A stretch of 64,000 bases of DNA from Coleofasciculus chthonoplastes F2-STO-03 (GCA_040222015.1 JAVJWO010000049.1:1-64000), one strand, 5' to 3'; positions 1-10,879 are shown, counted from the stretch's first letter. A program made the numbers and translations. Notes: a model not told the origin generated them from the sequence alone.

Positions 1-723
1 CAATAATCCCCCAGGGCGAGAAATCTTGACTAAATTGGAACCGGGAACGGCTGCAACGGTAATGCTTCCTCCTGGTGCGGTTAGTTTCCCGGTGTTAACA
101 ACATTGCCAGCCAGTAGGGTTAAGTTTTTCCCTTCTGATACGGCTAAATCCCCTGCATTAACAATACTTCCCGCCTCTGTTCCATCAAAGGCAAATTGGT
201 TGGGGGTTCCGACTAAGTTGTGATAATCATTCCCACCCATAGCATTAAACCAATTGCCATCGCCAAAACCGATAGCGTCGGCGGTGGTGGCGATAAAGTC
301 ACCGGGGACGTTTAATTGGGCATTTGAACCAAAAATAATCCCAGCTGGATTCATTAAATATAAGTTAGGATTGCCGCCTGTTACCTGAATTAAGCCGTTA
401 ATCACAGAGGCGTCACCACCTGTGACGCTACTGAGGATATTATTTAAATTAGGATTGGCTAAAAAGTTGGCGATTTGATTGGCATCTAAGCCAAACTGCT
501 GGAAACTGTGGAAAAGGTTTTTGCCATCCCCAGAAAGACTCCCACCGGAAATATCGATGCGGTTCCCATCCGGTGTGATAATTGTCCCCGTACCGTCTGC
601 TGGGGTAATCGGCTGCGCCAAGACCGGAGAATCAACCACCAGTGAAGCGATACCTAAAAGTATACCTTGGCACAGAGACAGTAAGACGGATAAGCAACGC
701 CAGCACAACCGAGCTGATTTCAT
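1..723 (-). CDS. Filamentous haemagglutinin N-terminal (TPS) domain protein, 5' part; runs off the window
   Basis: Manual translation from ATG at 723: MKSARLCW...[14 protein letters not shown]...[11 protein letters not shown]...[37 protein letters not shown] and NPAGI motifs of the haemagglutination-activity domain. Confidence 0.9.
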   Translation of the reverse strand, partial: MKSARLCWRCLSVLLSLCQGILLGIASLVVDSPVLAQPITPADGTGTIITPDGNRIDISGGSLSGDGKNLFHSFQQFGLDANQIANFLANPNLNNILSSVTGGDASVINGLIQVTGGNPNLYLMNPAGIIFGSNAQLNVPGDFIATTADAIGFGDGNWFNAMGGNDYHNLVGTPNQFAFDGTEAGSIVNAGDLAVSEGKNLTLLAGNVVNTGKLTAPGGSITVAAVPGSNLVKISRPGGLL

Positions 724-944
724 TGGTTCAACACCCTGTAATCGCTATGCTTGATAGTTTACCTTATTCTCCAGGTTTTTGGTTTTTATTTTAATAAAAT
801 TAAACAATGTTTGGTTCTGATTGATTGTACTATTCGACCAGCAGAATGAATCAATAATGAGCAACTGTCTGAACTATTAGAGAGTTGCACCGAGTCGGCA
901 AAACGTCCATAGTGAACTTTTCAAACATATTGGTTAAGGTGCGT

Positions 945-1148
945 TAAGCTGTTCGGCATTTAAATCTTAATATCAATAATGGTAAAATCCTTGTAGTGCG
1001 AGCATCTTGCTCGCTACTATAGCACTGAGCGCTTGTATGTTTACACATTAGAAATGGAGGCTTTATCAGGAGGCTTTTAGATCACTTGTACTGTAACTAC
1101 GCTAGAGCGCACTGCTACTAATACCCAATTTAAATGCATGACAGCTTA
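945..1148. mobile_element. MITE family A (TIR TAAGCTGT...CATTTAAA) with an extra ~100 bp insert
   Basis: Ends TAAGCTGTTCGGCATTTAAA and TTTAAATGCATGACAGCTTA; related copies at 36143, 41539 and 45558. Confidence 0.8.
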
Positions 1149-1166
1149 CGCGACGCTAACACACGA

Positions 1167-1274
1167 TAGCGGCGTGGCACAGTTAAAATGGTGGATTAGC
1201 ATTGTAGGGGCGCACGGCGTGCGCCCGATTTAAACATAAATCTATTCCACACTTTTAGCTGTGTCAGTCCACTA
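1167..1274. mobile_element. MITE family B with an internal GTAG REP
   Basis: Imperfect TIRs TAGCGGCGTGGCACAGTTAAAA and TTTTAGCTGTGTCAGTCCACTA, TA at both ends; internal GTAGGGGCGCACGGCGTGCGCCC. Confidence 0.7.
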
Positions 1275-1376
1275 CATCTAGAGCCTTTGTGTAAGTCCTA
1301 ATAATTTATGTCCAGGTAACCATTCGCCCTTGATACTCTACCTTAACCTCCTGTTCGGTAGTATCAATCGCCGTGA

Positions 1377-1586
1377 TTACACCCAAATCTCCATTAAATA
1401 CATCCCGTTGGTAATCATTGGTCTGTTGAACCACGCGATGCCTACTCTTAAAGTTACACCAGCGCGACTGATTTCCACCTGATCTGGACTGGGGGGATTA
1501 ATGAACTGTTGCAGCACCTGATTAAAATTCCGAGCTAGCAGAATTAAGGTGAATAGAGCAAAACAGGTTAGAAGAACCACTTTCAT
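1377..1586 (-). CDS. Small hypothetical protein with a hydrophobic N-terminus
   Basis: 69-aa ORF divergent from the DUF2358 gene; no family recognised. Confidence 0.35.
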   Translation of the reverse strand: MKVVLLTCFALFTLILLARNFNQVLQQFINPPSPDQVEISRAGVTLRVGIAWFNRPMITNGMYLMEIWV

Positions 1587-1640
1587 TGTGTCAACTTACC
1601 TATGGTATCGTTGAAACCAATTACAAATGATTACCCATAA

Positions 1641-2024
1641 ATGACGAATAGAGACATTCTTGAAATCCTCAAACAGGACTATCAACGCTTTCCCGTTGAC
1701 CAAACCTACAGCATCTACGCCAACGATGTTTTTTTCAAAGACCCACTTAACGAATTCCGGGGACTTAATCGCTACAAACAAATGATTGGATTCATCCAAA
1801 CCTGGTTCATCAATCCCCAACTTGACCTGCACGACATTTCCCAATCCGGCGATACCATCAAAACGCGCTGGACTCTAAGCTGGACAACACCCCTCCCCTG
1901 GAAACCACGAACTTCTATCCCCGGTTGGAGCGAATTACGTCTAAATGCAGATGGACTAATTTCTTCCCATATCGATTATTGGGATATCCCCCGCTTGGAT
2001 GTTCTCAAGCAACTGTTTCGCTGA
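1641..2024 (+). CDS. DUF2358 (NTF2/SnoaL-like) protein
   Basis: YSIYANDVFFKDPLNEFRG, TRWTL, PLPWKP and SHIDYW motifs. Confidence 0.85.
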   Translation: MTNRDILEILKQDYQRFPVDQTYSIYANDVFFKDPLNEFRGLNRYKQMIGFIQTWFINPQLDLHDISQSGDTIKTRWTLSWTTPLPWKPRTSIPGWSELRLNADGLISSHIDYWDIPRLDVLKQLFR

Positions 2025-2077
2025 AAACCCGATACAGTGAATAAATGTAAAGGTTTCTCAGGTGAGCGGAATTATCT

Positions 2078-3265
2078 ATGCGAGTAATTTTAATGACAGG
2101 CAAAGGCGGAGTCGGTAAAACCTCCGTAGCCGCAGCCACAGGTCTGCGTTGTGCCGAATTAGGGTATAAAACCCTCGTCCTAAGTACAGATCCCGCTCAT
2201 TCCCTCGCCGATAGTTTCGACCTGGAACTCAGTCACGAACCCCGACTCGTCCGTCCTAATCTTTGGGGGGCGGAACTGGATGCGCTGATGGAATTAGAAG
2301 GGAACTGGGGTGCGGTGAAGCGCTATATTACCCAGGTACTGCAAGCACGGGGACTCGAAGGAGTTCAGGCGGAAGAATTAGCCATTCTTCCGGGAATGGA
2401 TGAAATTTTCGGTCTGGTGCGGATGAAGCGTCACTACGACGAAGGGGAGTACGATGTGCTAATTATCGATTCAGCACCCACGGGAACCGCCCTGCGACTC
2501 CTCAGCTTACCGGAAGTCGGGGGTTGGTATATGCGCCGCTTCTATAAACCCCTGCAAAAAATGTCTGTGGCGTTGAGACCCCTGGTTGAACCTATATTCA
2601 AACCCATCGCGGGATTTTCTTTACCCGATAATGAGGTGATGGACGCTCCCTATGAATTCTACGAGCAAATTGAACAGCTCGAAAAAGTCCTTACCGATAA
2701 CACCAAAACCTCAGTCCGCTTAATCACCAATCCCGAAAAAATGGTGATTAAAGAATCCCTCCGCGCCCACGCCTACCTCAGCTTGTACAATGTTTCTACA
2801 GATTTAGTCGTTGCCAATCGGATTATCCCCGACGAAGTAACCGATCCCTTCTTCCAACATTGGAAAGAACATCAGCAAGAATATCGCCAGGAAATCCACC
2901 AAAACTTTAGTCCGCTTCCGGTTAAAGAAGTTCCCCTCTTTGCGGAAGAGATGTGCGGACTTGAGGCGCTAGAACGACTCAAACAAACCTTGTATGCAGA
3001 CGAAGATCCCACTCAGGTTTACTACCAGGAAAACACAATTCGGGTTGTCCAAAACCAAAACGAATATAGCTTAGAACTGTATCTACCGGGTATACCGAAA
3101 GACCATATCCAATTGAATAAAACTGGGGATGAGCTAAATGTACGGATTGGCAATCACCGCCGCAATCTCGTCCTCCCCCAAGCCTTAGCTGCACTGAAAC
3201 CTGCTGGTGCCAAGATTGAGGAAGATTATCTCAAGATTCGCTTTGCGGATACGGCGAAGGTTTAA
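2078..3265 (+). CDS. ArsA/GET3 family ATPase with C-terminal HSP20-like domain
   Basis: [16 protein letters not shown] and DSAPTG motifs. Confidence 0.93.
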   Translation: MRVILMTGKGGVGKTSVAAATGLRCAELGYKTLVLSTDPAHSLADSFDLELSHEPRLVRPNLWGAELDALMELEGNWGAVKRYITQVLQARGLEGVQAEELAILPGMDEIFGLVRMKRHYDEGEYDVLIIDSAPTGTALRLLSLPEVGGWYMRRFYKPLQKMSVALRPLVEPIFKPIAGFSLPDNEVMDAPYEFYEQIEQLEKVLTDNTKTSVRLITNPEKMVIKESLRAHAYLSLYNVSTDLVVANRIIPDEVTDPFFQHWKEHQQEYRQEIHQNFSPLPVKEVPLFAEEMCGLEALERLKQTLYADEDPTQVYYQENTIRVVQNQNEYSLELYLPGIPKDHIQLNKTGDELNVRIGNHRRNLVLPQALAALKPAGAKIEEDYLKIRFADTAKV

Positions 3266-3445
3266 GATTTAGGGATGAGGAAGGAGGGATAATTGTTGTA
3301 CCACTGTTGTGGAACTTGCCTTGGAACTGGAGTTTAGACTAAATCCCAAACGATACTACATTTAGGGAGGTGAATCCAAACTTTTCGTAAAATCACCGCT
3401 ATCTGTGACATTAGTCTAAAGCCCAAGTGGAAGTTTCGCATTCAA

Positions 3446-3610
3446 TACAGACGTTCCGATGGAACGTCTGTACAAAGACAAAAGTCTTTTGTCATACCAA
3501 ATTCTCCCTAATATTGCGCCATATCCGACCCCCCTTTAGTCCCCCGATTCCTTGGGGAACGGCGGTAGCAGGGGGGGTGTATTCGTTGCACGATTACAGA
3601 GATATGGTAT
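3446..3610. repeat. REP-like palindrome followed by a short MITE-like repeat
   Basis: TACAGACGTTCCGATGGAACGTCTGTAC palindrome; ATACCA...TGGTAT ends around a C-rich/G-rich hairpin. Confidence 0.55.
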
Positions 3611-3803
3611 CACCTCACTCAAGCTCGGATCAGGTATATAACAATACATTTTATTAAGTAAATAAATGTAAAATATTCACCCATTATTGATCAATTTTAT
3701 ATTATAATTCCCCAAACAAATATATTGATTATTACAAAATCACAAACAAGGATGGACAACTCAAACAAAGTTTTGCTTAAAAAACTGTTAAATATCATAC
3801 TAA

Positions 3804-4643
3804 TTGTTTCTATATATATTCTTATTGGCGCTTTCCTATTGGATGGCTAAACAATCCCTTCATTATCGGTCATTAAAAATAGATAACCTATTATCTGGTT
3901 TTATATTAGGAATTTCAGTTAGTTTTAGACCTCCTATTTTAGTGGCAACTATTCCCATGTTGCTTTACAAAAAATGGGAATTATTACTTGGAACTGCAAT
4001 AGGTATAATAGCTGGATTACTTTCATCATTTATACTTGCCGATCTTTCAATATGGAAAAGTTATTCATCTGCCATGAAAATACATGGATTGATCAAATTA
4101 GGGGTAATAAAAAGTCAACTAAGAACTGATGTTGTTTATCCAAAAATTATTGAAGGAATGACAAACCTGCCCAATGCGATGAATGTACCCAAATTGACTA
4201 CATCACTGATGTATATTTTTAATAGATTTTTTAACATTAAACTCTATCCTAATATGTTGATTATATTACTAGCATTAGTATTTGTCATTTTATGTGGTTT
4301 TATTTTTAAATATCGAAAGTTCAAGAGTTCGACAGATTTAGTATTTTTGTTGAGTTCATTTATGGTTTTAATTAGCGAATATTTTATTCCTGCCTATAGA
4401 AACTCTTACGCTGATGTGCAATGGATAATGCCACTAGCTTTGATAATTATTTTATCTGAGGAGGAATTTATATTATCCAACAAAATCAATGTATTATTAG
4501 TATTAAGCTTGCTTTTAAGTAGTGGATTCAATTGGGTATCTTGGGGTTTATTTATTGGTTCTTTTTTATTGGTTATTTATGCAACTATAATGACAGTGTC
4601 TATCGTTAAAAAAAGTACAAATAAAGCAATCATTAACCACTAA
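3804..4643 (+). CDS. Membrane glycosyltransferase (GT87/DUF2029-like), probably 5'-truncated
   Basis: Very hydrophobic, GISVSFRPP motif, TTG start, AT-rich. Confidence 0.5.
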   Translation: MFLYIFLLALSYWMAKQSLHYRSLKIDNLLSGFILGISVSFRPPILVATIPMLLYKKWELLLGTAIGIIAGLLSSFILADLSIWKSYSSAMKIHGLIKLGVIKSQLRTDVVYPKIIEGMTNLPNAMNVPKLTTSLMYIFNRFFNIKLYPNMLIILLALVFVILCGFIFKYRKFKSSTDLVFLLSSFMVLISEYFIPAYRNSYADVQWIMPLALIIILSEEEFILSNKINVLLVLSLLLSSGFNWVSWGLFIGSFLLVIYATIMTVSIVKKSTNKAIINH

Positions 4644-4701
4644 TAAAAGCAAAAAAACACAAATTAATACACAGTAAATTAATTAACTAAAGTTTATAAA
4701 A

Positions 4702-6549
4702 ATGAAAAACCACTCAAAAAATGTACTACTAAAAACCTGTCTATGGATATTCATACTCTCGGCTTCACTAATAGCTTATGGTTATAAATTTCCTTCATCC
4801 AATAATCTTATAGAAGTACCTCCGATTCTATCTTTATTAAATCCAGATTTGTACCCAAAAGATTTTTATGTTCAGGATACACTTCAGATAACACCACGAT
4901 ATTACTATCAATACTTAATGTATTTCACGGCAAAAGTAGGTCTAGGATTACCGCTAACCTACTTTTTATATTATCTTATATCTTTTTCTTCTTTCATATT
5001 GGGGTTATATGCTCTTGGAAAGCGGTTCAGTCACGCCAGTTTGCCAGCAACAGTATTAGCATTTTTGGGTCTAGTTGCTGTAGATGGAACTATAGGGTAT
5101 GTCTCTCTATTTAGATCAGAACCTATCCCCGCAATCTTTGCCATGGGTTTTGCAATATGGGGAATTTATTTTTGTTTCTGCAAACGGTGGATATTGGGCT
5201 ATTTATTTTTCGGACTAGCCTGCATTATCCAATTTCTTGTAGGAATTCTTCCAGGATTATTGATGGCTCCGCTGCTTTTTATGGAGGCAAAGAGAACGAA
5301 TAAACTGCCAATTATAGTATTTCCATTTCTAACTCTAGGTATTTTCGCCTGTTTAGTTTATGTACCAATGATAGTTAGCGGAAATACTGGTAGTGGAATA
5401 ATTGACAATGCAGAATTTGTATACCTCTACGGACACATCCGTCAACCCCACCATATTATTCCTTCCGCTTGGCCAACGCGACTCTGGAGAAATTTGGTCT
5501 TCTTTATTGCTGGAGGTTTATTATGTATTAAAAGTTCCGAATCTCTAGATTCAGAAGACAAAATTAATCTCGTTATCGTTATTTTTACCGCGTTCTTCAG
5601 CATTTTACTGGGTTACCTTTTTGTAGAAATATATCCCTTGTCTTTATTCGCTAAGCTACAGCTAGCAAGAACAACTCCCTTCGCGCAGCTTATGGTACTC
5701 ATCGCTATCAGCGTATTGGTCTATGAACATTATCGACAAGGCAACAGGGCGGTTAGTTTACTGTTACTTATAACTCCAATACTGCATAATGGTGCTATAC
5801 TTCTATTTTGTGTAGCTGTCAGTTTAATCATCCTAAAAGCTACGAATTCTTTTCAATTAGTACAATCACGAACAGTTACTTGGATAACTGTATTCGTCTT
5901 GCTACTTCTTTTTGCCTTCTATCCGCTTCCCTCTTCCCTAACAGAGGCATTAAATCGTATATTCTGGAAATCCGCTCTTTTCTTTGTTCTTGCTTCTCCA
6001 TTTATTTTGGAAGAGTTTTTTTTAGTAACTCGTCGAATTAAAATAATTACTACCTATGCTCTAGCGTTCACCAGTTGCACATTCTTAGGTCTTGGTTTAT
6101 TGGAAGTTTTGCCTGGTAATTTATCAGATGTCTTTCAAAAGAGAATTACTCTATATCAAGTTCCGGGAGATAGCTTGACAAAACTAGCTTTACGATTTCG
6201 TCAAAAGAGTAGTCCAGATGCGCTTGTCTTAGCTCCTCCTTCCTTGACAGAGTTTAGGTTCTACTCTCAGAGATCCCTTGTTTTTACCTTTAATAGTTCT
6301 CCTTACACAGACAGTGGACTCCGAGAATGGGCAAATCGGATAGAGACTATTTTAGGCTCAACAAAACCTCCACTCTCCTGGCGTAATGTAGATTCACTCT
6401 TCCAAAAACGAAGTAGTTCCGACTTGGTAAATATTGCTAGGAAGTTTGATGCCAATTACATTCTTACCCGCTCAGATTGGCATTCCAATATTCAAGGTGT
6501 GGTAGTAGATAAGGAATGGAAATGGGTTCTCTATAGAATTGATAACTAA
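4702..6549 (+). CDS. Polytopic membrane protein, DUF6798-like (GT-C-like)
   Basis: Many TM segments; HIRQPHH and FRFYSQRS motifs; AT-rich. Confidence 0.6.
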   Translation: MKNHSKNVLLKTCLWIFILSASLIAYGYKFPSSNNLIEVPPILSLLNPDLYPKDFYVQDTLQITPRYYYQYLMYFTAKVGLGLPLTYFLYYLISFSSFILGLYALGKRFSHASLPATVLAFLGLVAVDGTIGYVSLFRSEPIPAIFAMGFAIWGIYFCFCKRWILGYLFFGLACIIQFLVGILPGLLMAPLLFMEAKRTNKLPIIVFPFLTLGIFACLVYVPMIVSGNTGSGIIDNAEFVYLYGHIRQPHHIIPSAWPTRLWRNLVFFIAGGLLCIKSSESLDSEDKINLVIVIFTAFFSILLGYLFVEIYPLSLFAKLQLARTTPFAQLMVLIAISVLVYEHYRQGNRAVSLLLLITPILHNGAILLFCVAVSLIILKATNSFQLVQSRTVTWITVFVLLLLFAFYPLPSSLTEALNRIFWKSALFFVLASPFILEEFFLVTRRIKIITTYALAFTSCTFLGLGLLEVLPGNLSDVFQKRITLYQVPGDSLTKLALRFRQKSSPDALVLAPPSLTEFRFYSQRSLVFTFNSSPYTDSGLREWANRIETILGSTKPPLSWRNVDSLFQKRSSSDLVNIARKFDANYILTRSDWHSNIQGVVVDKEWKWVLYRIDN

Positions 6550-6567
6550 TAGATTCCCCACTAACCA

Positions 6568-6593
6568 GAAGTTCCTCCATCTAGGGGAACTTC
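6568..6593. terminator. Hairpin between convergent genes
   Basis: GAAGTTCCTC...GGGGAACTTC. Confidence 0.4.
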
Positions 6594-6623
6594 CGACAAG
6601 CGAAGGGTTCTCCTATTGTTGCG

Positions 6624-6878
6624 TTAAAGATTCGTTGGTGTTTCCGGAGCAACAACCTCCGTGTCACCTTTAATGCGAGCCTGCTGCTCAGTCATTAAAT
6701 CGCTGACTTGATCAATTTCGATACCCATACCCTCACAAGCTTTCTTGAGTTCCGCTGTAAAGGTCGAGATATCGTCTCCGTAGCCACAGAGTTTCGCTGC
6801 TGTTTCGGGTCCCTGCTTGGCGTTCGCTTTAGCACAATCAACTAAATCAGTGCCTTTGAGTGGATTTGAAGCTGCCAT
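6624..6878 (-). CDS. Conserved cyanobacterial hypothetical protein
   Basis: 84-aa ORF with LVDCAKANAKQG...AAKLCGYG. Confidence 0.75.
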   Translation of the reverse strand: MAASNPLKGTDLVDCAKANAKQGPETAAKLCGYGDDISTFTAELKKACEGMGIEIDQVSDLMTEQQARIKGDTEVVAPETPTNL

Positions 6879-7004
6879 ATTATAACCTGTCCTTCTTTTC
6901 TTTAATTCTCACTCTCAAGCTAGTGAAAACGTTGTCAAGATGCATCTATCAATAGATGGAAATCTTTTCTGATAGAGCCTAAAAATAAAGTCCTACTCTT
7001 GTAC

Positions 7005-7037
7005 AGATCCCCGACTTCTTAAAGAAGTTGGGGATCT
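7005..7037. repeat. Palindromic repeat downstream of metK, possible terminator
   Basis: AGATCCCCGACTTCTTAAAGAAGTTGGGGATCT. Confidence 0.7.
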
Positions 7038-7059
7038 CAATCATTAATTCTTAATTGGC

Positions 7060-8316
7060 TCACACGGCGGCTAACGATGATTTGAGAGATTCTTTCAACA
7101 GTTCTGCTTTATCCGTATGTTCCCAAGGCAAATCCAAATTAGGACGTCCAAAATGCCCATAAGCCGCGACATCTTGATAGAAGCGACCCCCTCTTAATTT
7201 AGGGAGTTCCAGCAGATTAAAGGCTTGAATAATCCCGGCTGGACGCAGTTCAAAATGCTGTTGTACCAGTTCTAGCAATTTTTCTTCTTCAACTTTACCC
7301 GTACCAAAGGTTTCCACCATAATACTGACGGGTCTAGCAACACCAATGGCATAACTGAGTTGAACTTCGCACTTTTCGGCTAAACCAGCTGCCACAATAT
7401 TTTTGGCAACATAACGACAAGCATAGGCTGCCGAACGGTCTACCTTAGTGGGATCTTTCCCAGAAAATGCCCCGCCGCCGTGACGGGAATAGCCACCGTA
7501 GGTATCAATAATGATTTTACGTCCGGTGAGACCTGAATCGCCTTGGGGTCCACCAATCACAAATTTCCCAGTGGGGTTGACTAAGAACCGGGTATTATCA
7601 TCTGGCTTAATTTCAATATCTCCAAAGGCAGGTTCAACCACTGCTGACCAAAGGTCGTCTTTAATTTTGGCTTGGACAGCCGCTTCCTCGGTAATCTCAC
7701 CAATGGTGGCGGTGTGTTGGGTGGAGATTAAGATGGTATCAATGCCGATGGGTTTGCCATCTTCGTAGATTACCGTAACTTGGGTTTTGCCATCGGGACG
7801 CAGGTAAGGCAACTGTCCTGACTTACGGACGGCGGTTAACTGCCGAGACAAGCGATGTGCCAGACTCAGGGGCATGGGCATAAGTTCTGGGGTTTCGTTG
7901 CAGGCAAAACCAAACATCAACCCTTGATCCCCGGCACCAATAGCATCGAGTTCATCGTCACTCAACTTGTCTCGCGTTTCCTGGGCGGTGGTGACACCTT
8001 GAGAAATATCTGGAGATTGTTCATCCAGGGCGACTAAGACGGAACAGCTATTGGCGGAGAAGCCGTTATCGGCGTCGGTATAGCCAATTTCGGCAATTTT
8101 TTTGCGGGCTATATCAACGTAATTTACGTTGGCTTTGGAGGTAATTTCACCTGTAATCAATACCAATCCGGTATTAACTACCACTTCTGCAGCAACACGG
8201 CTGCGGTTGTCTTGGGTGAGTAGAGCATCTAAGATCGTATCGGAAATCTGATCGCAGATTTTATCGGGATGACCTTCTGTAACTGATTCGGAGGTAAATA
8301 GGTAGCGACGAGGCAA
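7060..8316 (-). CDS. metK: S-adenosylmethionine synthetase
   Basis: [19 protein letters not shown] and GGGAFSGKD signatures. Confidence 0.99.
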   Translation of the reverse strand: MPRRYLFTSESVTEGHPDKICDQISDTILDALLTQDNRSRVAAEVVVNTGLVLITGEITSKANVNYVDIARKKIAEIGYTDADNGFSANSCSVLVALDEQSPDISQGVTTAQETRDKLSDDELDAIGAGDQGLMFGFACNETPELMPMPLSLAHRLSRQLTAVRKSGQLPYLRPDGKTQVTVIYEDGKPIGIDTILISTQHTATIGEITEEAAVQAKIKDDLWSAVVEPAFGDIEIKPDDNTRFLVNPTGKFVIGGPQGDSGLTGRKIIIDTYGGYSRHGGGAFSGKDPTKVDRSAAYACRYVAKNIVAAGLAEKCEVQLSYAIGVARPVSIMVETFGTGKVEEEKLLELVQQHFELRPAGIIQAFNLLELPKLRGGRFYQDVAAYGHFGRPNLDLPWEHTDKAELLKESLKSSLAAV

Positions 8317-8454
8317 TGGACTAATCTCCTTAAGAAACGGCAGCTACACTGATTAAGAGTTTAGTACACGACTGCGATGTAAAGTTGAAACCCCTACCGC
8401 CTTGGATGTACTTACCGCGTTCGATGTATTGCATTCACCTTTCGCTTGGGCAGT

Positions 8455-8482
8455 GTAGAGACGCGCCATGGCGCGTCTCTAC
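8455..8482. repeat. REP palindrome GTAGAGACGCGCCATGGCGCGTCTCTAC
   Basis: Perfect 28-bp palindrome; identical copies at 17992, 21452 and 28962; variants at 28617 and 39440. Confidence 0.9.
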
Positions 8483-8529
8483 GTTCAACCTGTACGCATA
8501 GGGGTGGGGTATGGTTGCCCCTAACTCCC

Positions 8530-8785
8530 ATTTCTGGGGTGACGTTAGCCTCGCCAATGTTAACGGTCGGTACTTTCCAAGCAGCACTGGCTTAACCCTT
8601 GTAAACCTGTTTAACCACTTGGTTCTAGAGCATGGGACTGGCTTACGCGCTACGCGAACGCTACGCGAACGCATCCCAAGGTAGGAACTTTAACTCTTGC
8701 CGTTAACGTAGTGCGCTAGGCACTTAGGCTGGTCAGGTACGGGCTAAATTCCAAGCCCCCGGCTTATAGCGGTGGGGTTCCTGAC
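8530..8785 (-). ncRNA. HEARO / IscB omegaRNA scaffold
   Basis: Ordered blocks GACCAGCCTAAG, CTACGTT, ACCTTGGGATGC, GCCAGTCCCATGCTCT, TTAAACAG, CAGTG, AACATTGGCGAGG; 3' boundary approximate. Confidence 0.82.
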
Positions 8786-9035
8786 ACACGATACAGAGAG
8801 GGGATTACCCACTGATCACAGAACTTTAACAGAATTTGCTCTATTCTCCATCCAGAACTGTTGAATGTTTAAAAAACTTTACCAGCTCTATCACCTAAGA
8901 ATGGTTATTCTTTTACTGAAAATTCGCTTATTTGTCAAGTGTTAGTTAAGCTTTTCCTTATACAAAAGCTTTATTTTTTAGGGTTTCCGGTTTTGGCAAC
9001 ACGCCCTAATTTGTAATTAAGTCAGGGACAGTTAT

Positions 9036-10778
9036 CTAAGGAGGCTGGACTTGAGACAGGATAAGAGCGATCGCGCCATGCATAGCTTGCCCGGTTAAAG
9101 ACAGACGAGCCGATTGATCCGCCGTTTTTTCCCATGCCAATAACTGGGCTTGAAATAAAGGATCGCGTTTCGCCCGCCTGAGCATCGCTTGACGAATGAT
9201 TTTTGGCACAATATCTTGGGTGGGAATATTCTGTTGACGTAAAAAATCCAACAGTCGCTGTATACCTTCGGCGCATTTGTCAGGCGGCTGGAAGAGAATA
9301 ATTTGTTGGATTTGATGAATAACTTCCTGATAGATACGGCGGCGATTATTGGCTAAAACTTGAGTTGGATTGGGTGAGTTAGCAGAATTTAACGACGAGT
9401 TGAGCTGGGAGGTTCCCGACTTGTCTATCTCTAGCAATTGCCAAATTCTGTGACGGTAATGGGCAAAACGCTGGTACATCTGGGGATAAAGTTCCAGGAT
9501 ACGTTGATTCACCGCTTGGGGATTGACTGCCTGTTTTGCCGATAGGTGCAGGATATAGTGATCAAATTGTTTACTCAAGGCTTTCAGCGACAGTTTTAGA
9601 TCAGGATATTCCTGTTCCACTTGGGCGAGGGTAAATACCAATACCTCTCTATTTGGCATCTCCGAGAAAGTAACCTCGATTAAGAGCCAATCAGTCATTT
9701 TCTCTTGACTCAGTTGTCCCGGTATCAAATCACCTGTAGGCGGATAGCGTTTATTCGGCGTTTTCGTTTCCCAATTAAACTGGGTAAATAGGTAGCGACA
9801 ATTGACGTTTGTCAAATCTACCTCTTCTAAATGCCAGTTGTGGATACAGCATCCAGTGAGTTGGGCTTGCTCAAGTTTGGGGCGAATTAAATAGCTGCCA
9901 ATCAAATAGGCATCGGTTAAATTTGCCTCAGTTAAAATCGTTTCGTTTAAATAAGCCCCACTTAAATCAGCCTGTCGTAAATCTGCCCCTTGCAGATTAG
10001 CCGCCGTCAAATTCGTCTGTAAACAATAGACATTCTGTAGAACCGTGCGTCGCAAATTAGCGCCAACGAAGCTCGCTCTGAGTAAATACGCCCCCATCAG
10101 ATTTGCCCGACTCAAATTTACGCGATCGCCTGTGACTTCACTGAGATCGGCATCGGTTAAAATAGCTCGATAGAGTTCTGCCTGAGTCAGGTTGGCACAG
10201 CGCAAACAAGCCTGACGCAGATTAGCTTCGGTTAATGTCGCACCGACTAATATCGCGTCTCGTAAATTGGCTTTCTCTAATAGAACTTCCCGCAGGTTGG
10301 CTGTGGTAAGATTGGCAGCAATGAGACTGGCTTGGTAGAGATTAGCCGCCATTAACTGTGTGCTAATAAGCTGAGTTTTATCCAGGGTAGCCCCGGTAAG
10401 ATTACTATGATTCAACTGGGCTGCCTGGAGATTTGCACCACTAAAGTTACAATAGGGGGCTTCTACCCAACTTAAATTGGCTTGGCAAAGACTAGCGGAT
10501 TGCCCATCCACCTTGCTGAGATTTACACGGGTCAAGATGGCTTGGTTAAGATTACTATGTTTTAGGATCGCGTTGTGTAAATCTGCCTGATGCAGACAAG
10601 CACCACTGAGATTAGCGTAGTCAAGGGAGGTCCAACTAAGGTTGGCATTTGTCAGGTTAGCCCCACTTAAGTTAATCGTCCGCAAATCTGCCCCCTTGAG
10701 GTTAACACCACTCAGGTCAACCTGGGCAAAATCACGGTCTCCTTGGCGATAACGAGTGAGAAAGTTCTGGACTTGCAT
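9036..10778 (-). CDS. Pentapeptide repeat protein with C-terminal extension
   Basis: About 320 aa of A(N/D)LxX repeats. Confidence 0.92.
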   Translation of the reverse strand: MQVQNFLTRYRQGDRDFAQVDLSGVNLKGADLRTINLSGANLTNANLSWTSLDYANLSGACLHQADLHNAILKHSNLNQAILTRVNLSKVDGQSASLCQANLSWVEAPYCNFSGANLQAAQLNHSNLTGATLDKTQLISTQLMAANLYQASLIAANLTTANLREVLLEKANLRDAILVGATLTEANLRQACLRCANLTQAELYRAILTDADLSEVTGDRVNLSRANLMGAYLLRASFVGANLRRTVLQNVYCLQTNLTAANLQGADLRQADLSGAYLNETILTEANLTDAYLIGSYLIRPKLEQAQLTGCCIHNWHLEEVDLTNVNCRYLFTQFNWETKTPNKRYPPTGDLIPGQLSQEKMTDWLLIEVTFSEMPNREVLVFTLAQVEQEYPDLKLSLKALSKQFDHYILHLSAKQAVNPQAVNQRILELYPQMYQRFAHYRHRIWQLLEIDKSGTSQLNSSLNSANSPNPTQVLANNRRRIYQEVIHQIQQIILFQPPDKCAEGIQRLLDFLRQQNIPTQDIVPKIIRQAMLRRAKRDPLFQAQLLAWEKTADQSARLSLTGQAMHGAIALILSQVQPP

Positions 10779-10879
10779 TATTTCCAGTTTGCCATTTAAG
10801 GGGATTGGGGGAGTGTTGACTTTTGACCCTTCGCTTCGCTCTATAGGTTGGTTGGGTTTCCTGACAACTGATCAACTAG

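Larger units (their letters stand above)
926..1300 (-). mobile_element. Nezha-like MITE (one end visible) with nested MITE insertions
   Basis: Removing 945-1148 and 1167-1274 restores a close match to the reverse complement of the element at 35968; end TGTGTAAGTCCTA at 1288-1300. Confidence 0.75.
8386..8785 (-). mobile_element. Non-autonomous IS200/IS605 IscB-type element lacking the iscB ORF
   Basis: Minus strand begins GTCAGGAACCCCACCGCTATAAGCCGGGGGCTT and ends GCGGTAGGGGTTTCA; no PLMP/RRXRR/HNH ORF between the ends. Confidence 0.8.

Noticed and set aside
8435..8674. 79-aa ORF upstream of metK
   Set aside because: Runs through the omegaRNA scaffold and REP; no IscB motifs
8317..8785. SAM riboswitch in the metK leader
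   Set aside because: No SAM riboswitch consensus recognised; the blocks fit HEARO instead
10826..10865. Second IscB-type left end (GGGTTTCCTGAC)
   Set aside because: Only a short match with no scaffold blocks following
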